DNA of 64,000 nt, from positions 34,198 through 98,197 of the forward strand of contig JAFTIR010000003.1 in the NCBI GenBank assembly GCA_017456765.1. The letters run 5' to 3'. Position 1 is the stretch's first letter. The number at the start of each line of letters is the position of its first letter. The notes under the pieces were generated by a model that saw only the letters and a program-made list of their open reading frames with translations, had not been told where the DNA came from and did no database searches. Below are positions 62,516 to 64,000 of the stretch, in pieces. The stretch comes from Clostridia bacterium (GTDB lineage: Bacteria > Bacillota > Clostridia > Oscillospirales > CAG-382). Position numbers and translations under genes: made by a program.

Positions 62516-63748
62516 TTAAGACCTGTAGTCTCCGTTGATTCTTACATATTCGTAGGAAAGGTCACAGCCGTAAGCCGTTGCCATTTCTTCCCCTTGGTGC
62601 ATATCAACATCAATGATTATGGAGTCCTCAAGGAGAATTTCCTTTGCTTTGTCCTCGTCAACGATAACAGAGCCGCCGTTTTTGCAGACGTTGATTTCAC
62701 CTGCATTTGAAATGAAGTTAACTTCAACCTTTGACGGGTCAAATTCCACTCCTGCATAACCGAGGGCACAAAGAATTCGTCCCCAGTTTGCGTCTGCACC
62801 GAACATAGCTGTCTTAACAAGAGGTGAATTTATAACACTCTTTGCAAGAACTCTTGCATTCTGATAATCGTCACAGCCTCTTATTCTGCACTCTAAGAGC
62901 TTTGTCGCACCTTCGCCGTCAGAAGCCATTTTTCTTGCAAGGTAACGGCAGATGTACTCAAGTGCATCATAGAACAGAATTGCTTCCTCACTGCTCTCGT
63001 CCTTTACCGAAACACCCGAAAGACCTGACGCTAAAACACAGAGTGTATCGTTTGTGCTTGTGTCTCCGTCAACGCTTATCATGTTGAAGGTTCTGTCAGC
63101 CGCTTCCTTTAGCATCTTCTGCAGGATAACAGAATCAACATCCGCATCGGTTGTGATAAAGGAGAGCATTGTAGCCATGTTGGGGCTTATCATACCGCTT
63201 CCCTTTGCCATGCCGCCGAGCTTTACTTTTTTGTCGCCTACGGTGTATTCAATGGCAATCTGCTTGAGCCTTGTGTCGGTTGTCATGATAGCCGCCGCCG
63301 CACAGTAGCCCGCTTCGGGAGTGTAGTCAGCTTCCGCAACAAGTTGGGGAATGCCGCCGACAATGGGCTCTAAGGGAAGCGGTGCTCCGATAACGCCTGT
63401 GGATGCTACAACAACATCATTCTCTGATATTCCAAGCTCGTCTGCAAGTGCCTTGCACATTGCATTTGCCTTTTCAACGCCGTCGGGATTGCAGGTGTTG
63501 GCGTTACCGCTGTTTACGATAACGGCTCTTGCCTTGCCGTCCTTTAAGTGTTCACGTGTAACAGTAATGGGAGCGCCGTAAACCTTGTTTGTTGTGTAGA
63601 TAGCCGCCGCTGAGCAGTCGTTGTCTGCAACAATGAGCGCCAAGTCCTTTTTGTTCTTGTTTTTTCTGAGACCGCAGTGAATACCTGCTGCCTTAAAGCC
63701 CTGAGGGTATGTTACTCCGCCCTCAACGCGCTTGAATTTGTTTTCCAT
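62516..63748 (-). CDS. argJ: Bifunctional glutamate N-acetyltransferase / amino-acid acetyltransferase
   Basis: Carries GFKAAGIHCGL, VVNSGNANTC, the self-cleavage site MATMLSFITTDA, and the C-terminal YVRINGDYRS. Confidence 0.92.
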   Translation of the reverse strand: MENKFKRVEGGVTYPQGFKAAGIHCGLRKNKNKKDLALIVADNDCSAAAIYTTNKVYGAPITVTREHLKDGKARAVIVNSGNANTCNPDGVEKANAMCKALADELGISENDVVVASTGVIGAPLPLEPIVGGIPQLVAEADYTPEAGYCAAAAIMTTDTRLKQIAIEYTVGDKKVKLGGMAKGSGMISPNMATMLSFITTDADVDSVILQKMLKEAADRTFNMISVDGDTSTNDTLCVLASGLSGVSVKDESSEEAILFYDALEYICRYLARKMASDGEGATKLLECRIRGCDDYQNARVLAKSVINSPLVKTAMFGADANWGRILCALGYAGVEFDPSKVEVNFISNAGEINVCKNGGSVIVDEDKAKEILLEDSIIIDVDMHQGEEMATAYGCDLSYEYVRINGDYRS

Positions 63749-63801
63749 ATTTGTTCCTCGTAATGTGAATTTTTTGTGTTTGGTCGTCTTGCTTGTGACG
63801 G

Positions 63802-64000
63802 CTAAAACGATGGTGCAAGCATTGAAATGCCTTCATCCTCACAGAAGCCGAATCTTATGTTCATATTCTGGATTGCCTGACCTGCCGCACCCTTTACCAT
63901 GTTGTCAATGGCACTTGTGATAATGAGCGTTTTTGTATGCTCGTCAAAGTGAAGCGAGATGTCACAGTAGTTGGAGCATCTTACGTTTTTGATGTTGGCA
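63802..64000 (-). CDS. argC: N-acetyl-gamma-glutamyl-phosphate reductase, C-terminal 65 codons; the rest lies outside the window
   Basis: My manual minus-strand translation gives ...[42 protein letters not shown], the conserved ArgC C-terminus. It is not in the ORF track because it has no start codon inside the window. Confidence 0.85.
   Translation of the reverse strand, partial: ANIKNVRCSNYCDISLHFDEHTKTLIITSAIDNMVKGAAGQAIQNMNIRFGFCEDEGISMLAPSF

Noticed and set aside
1-64000. Mobile elements, prophage, tRNA/rRNA genes and known defence systems.
   Set aside because: None of the translated ORFs shows transposase, integrase, recombinase, phage structural, restriction-modification, Cas, or toxin-antitoxin signatures. 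No cloverleaf-like or rRNA-like conserved segments were seen in the non-coding regions.

Overview
This 64 kb window looks like a chromosomal segment of a Firmicute, probably a spore-forming member of the Clostridia. That assignment is an inference from a T-box leader, SLH-domain proteins, a BclA-type C-terminal domain, iorAB, an OPT transporter and strong SD/TTGACA-TATAAT signals. All family names come from motifs I recognise in the translations, not from database searches.

Most of the window is housekeeping:
- ptsI (3' part), fba, asnA, birA, pgk-tpiA, lgt-folD-aroK, malic enzyme, aspartate kinase and iorAB
- an argC(partial)-J-B-D-F cluster
- an OmpR/histidine-kinase pair
- a metal-efflux operon (HMA protein, P1B ATPase, ArsR/SmtB repressor)

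Accessory or unusual content:
- A roughly 1,915-aa membrane protein follows the domain order of cyclic beta-1,2-glucan synthases but appears to lack the GH94 catalytic barrel.
- A Tyr-specific T-box leader precedes a sodium:solute symporter.
- Two stand-alone PqqD/RRE-like proteins bracket an OPT peptide transporter. They sit next to an orphan Fe-S hydro-lyase beta subunit and a DivIVA-domain protein.
- A Cys/Gly-repeat protein carries a BclA-like C-terminal domain.
- Two secreted GLUG-repeat paralogs have a conserved SD-hairpin-AUG leader.
- A tandem pair of SLH-domain paralogs is preceded by a truncated third copy.
- Many intergenic regions, including spacers inside operons, are filled with chains of short perfect hairpins.

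I found no rRNA, tRNA, CRISPR array, transposase, integrase or recognisable defence system. The long antisense ORFs in the track are shadow ORFs.
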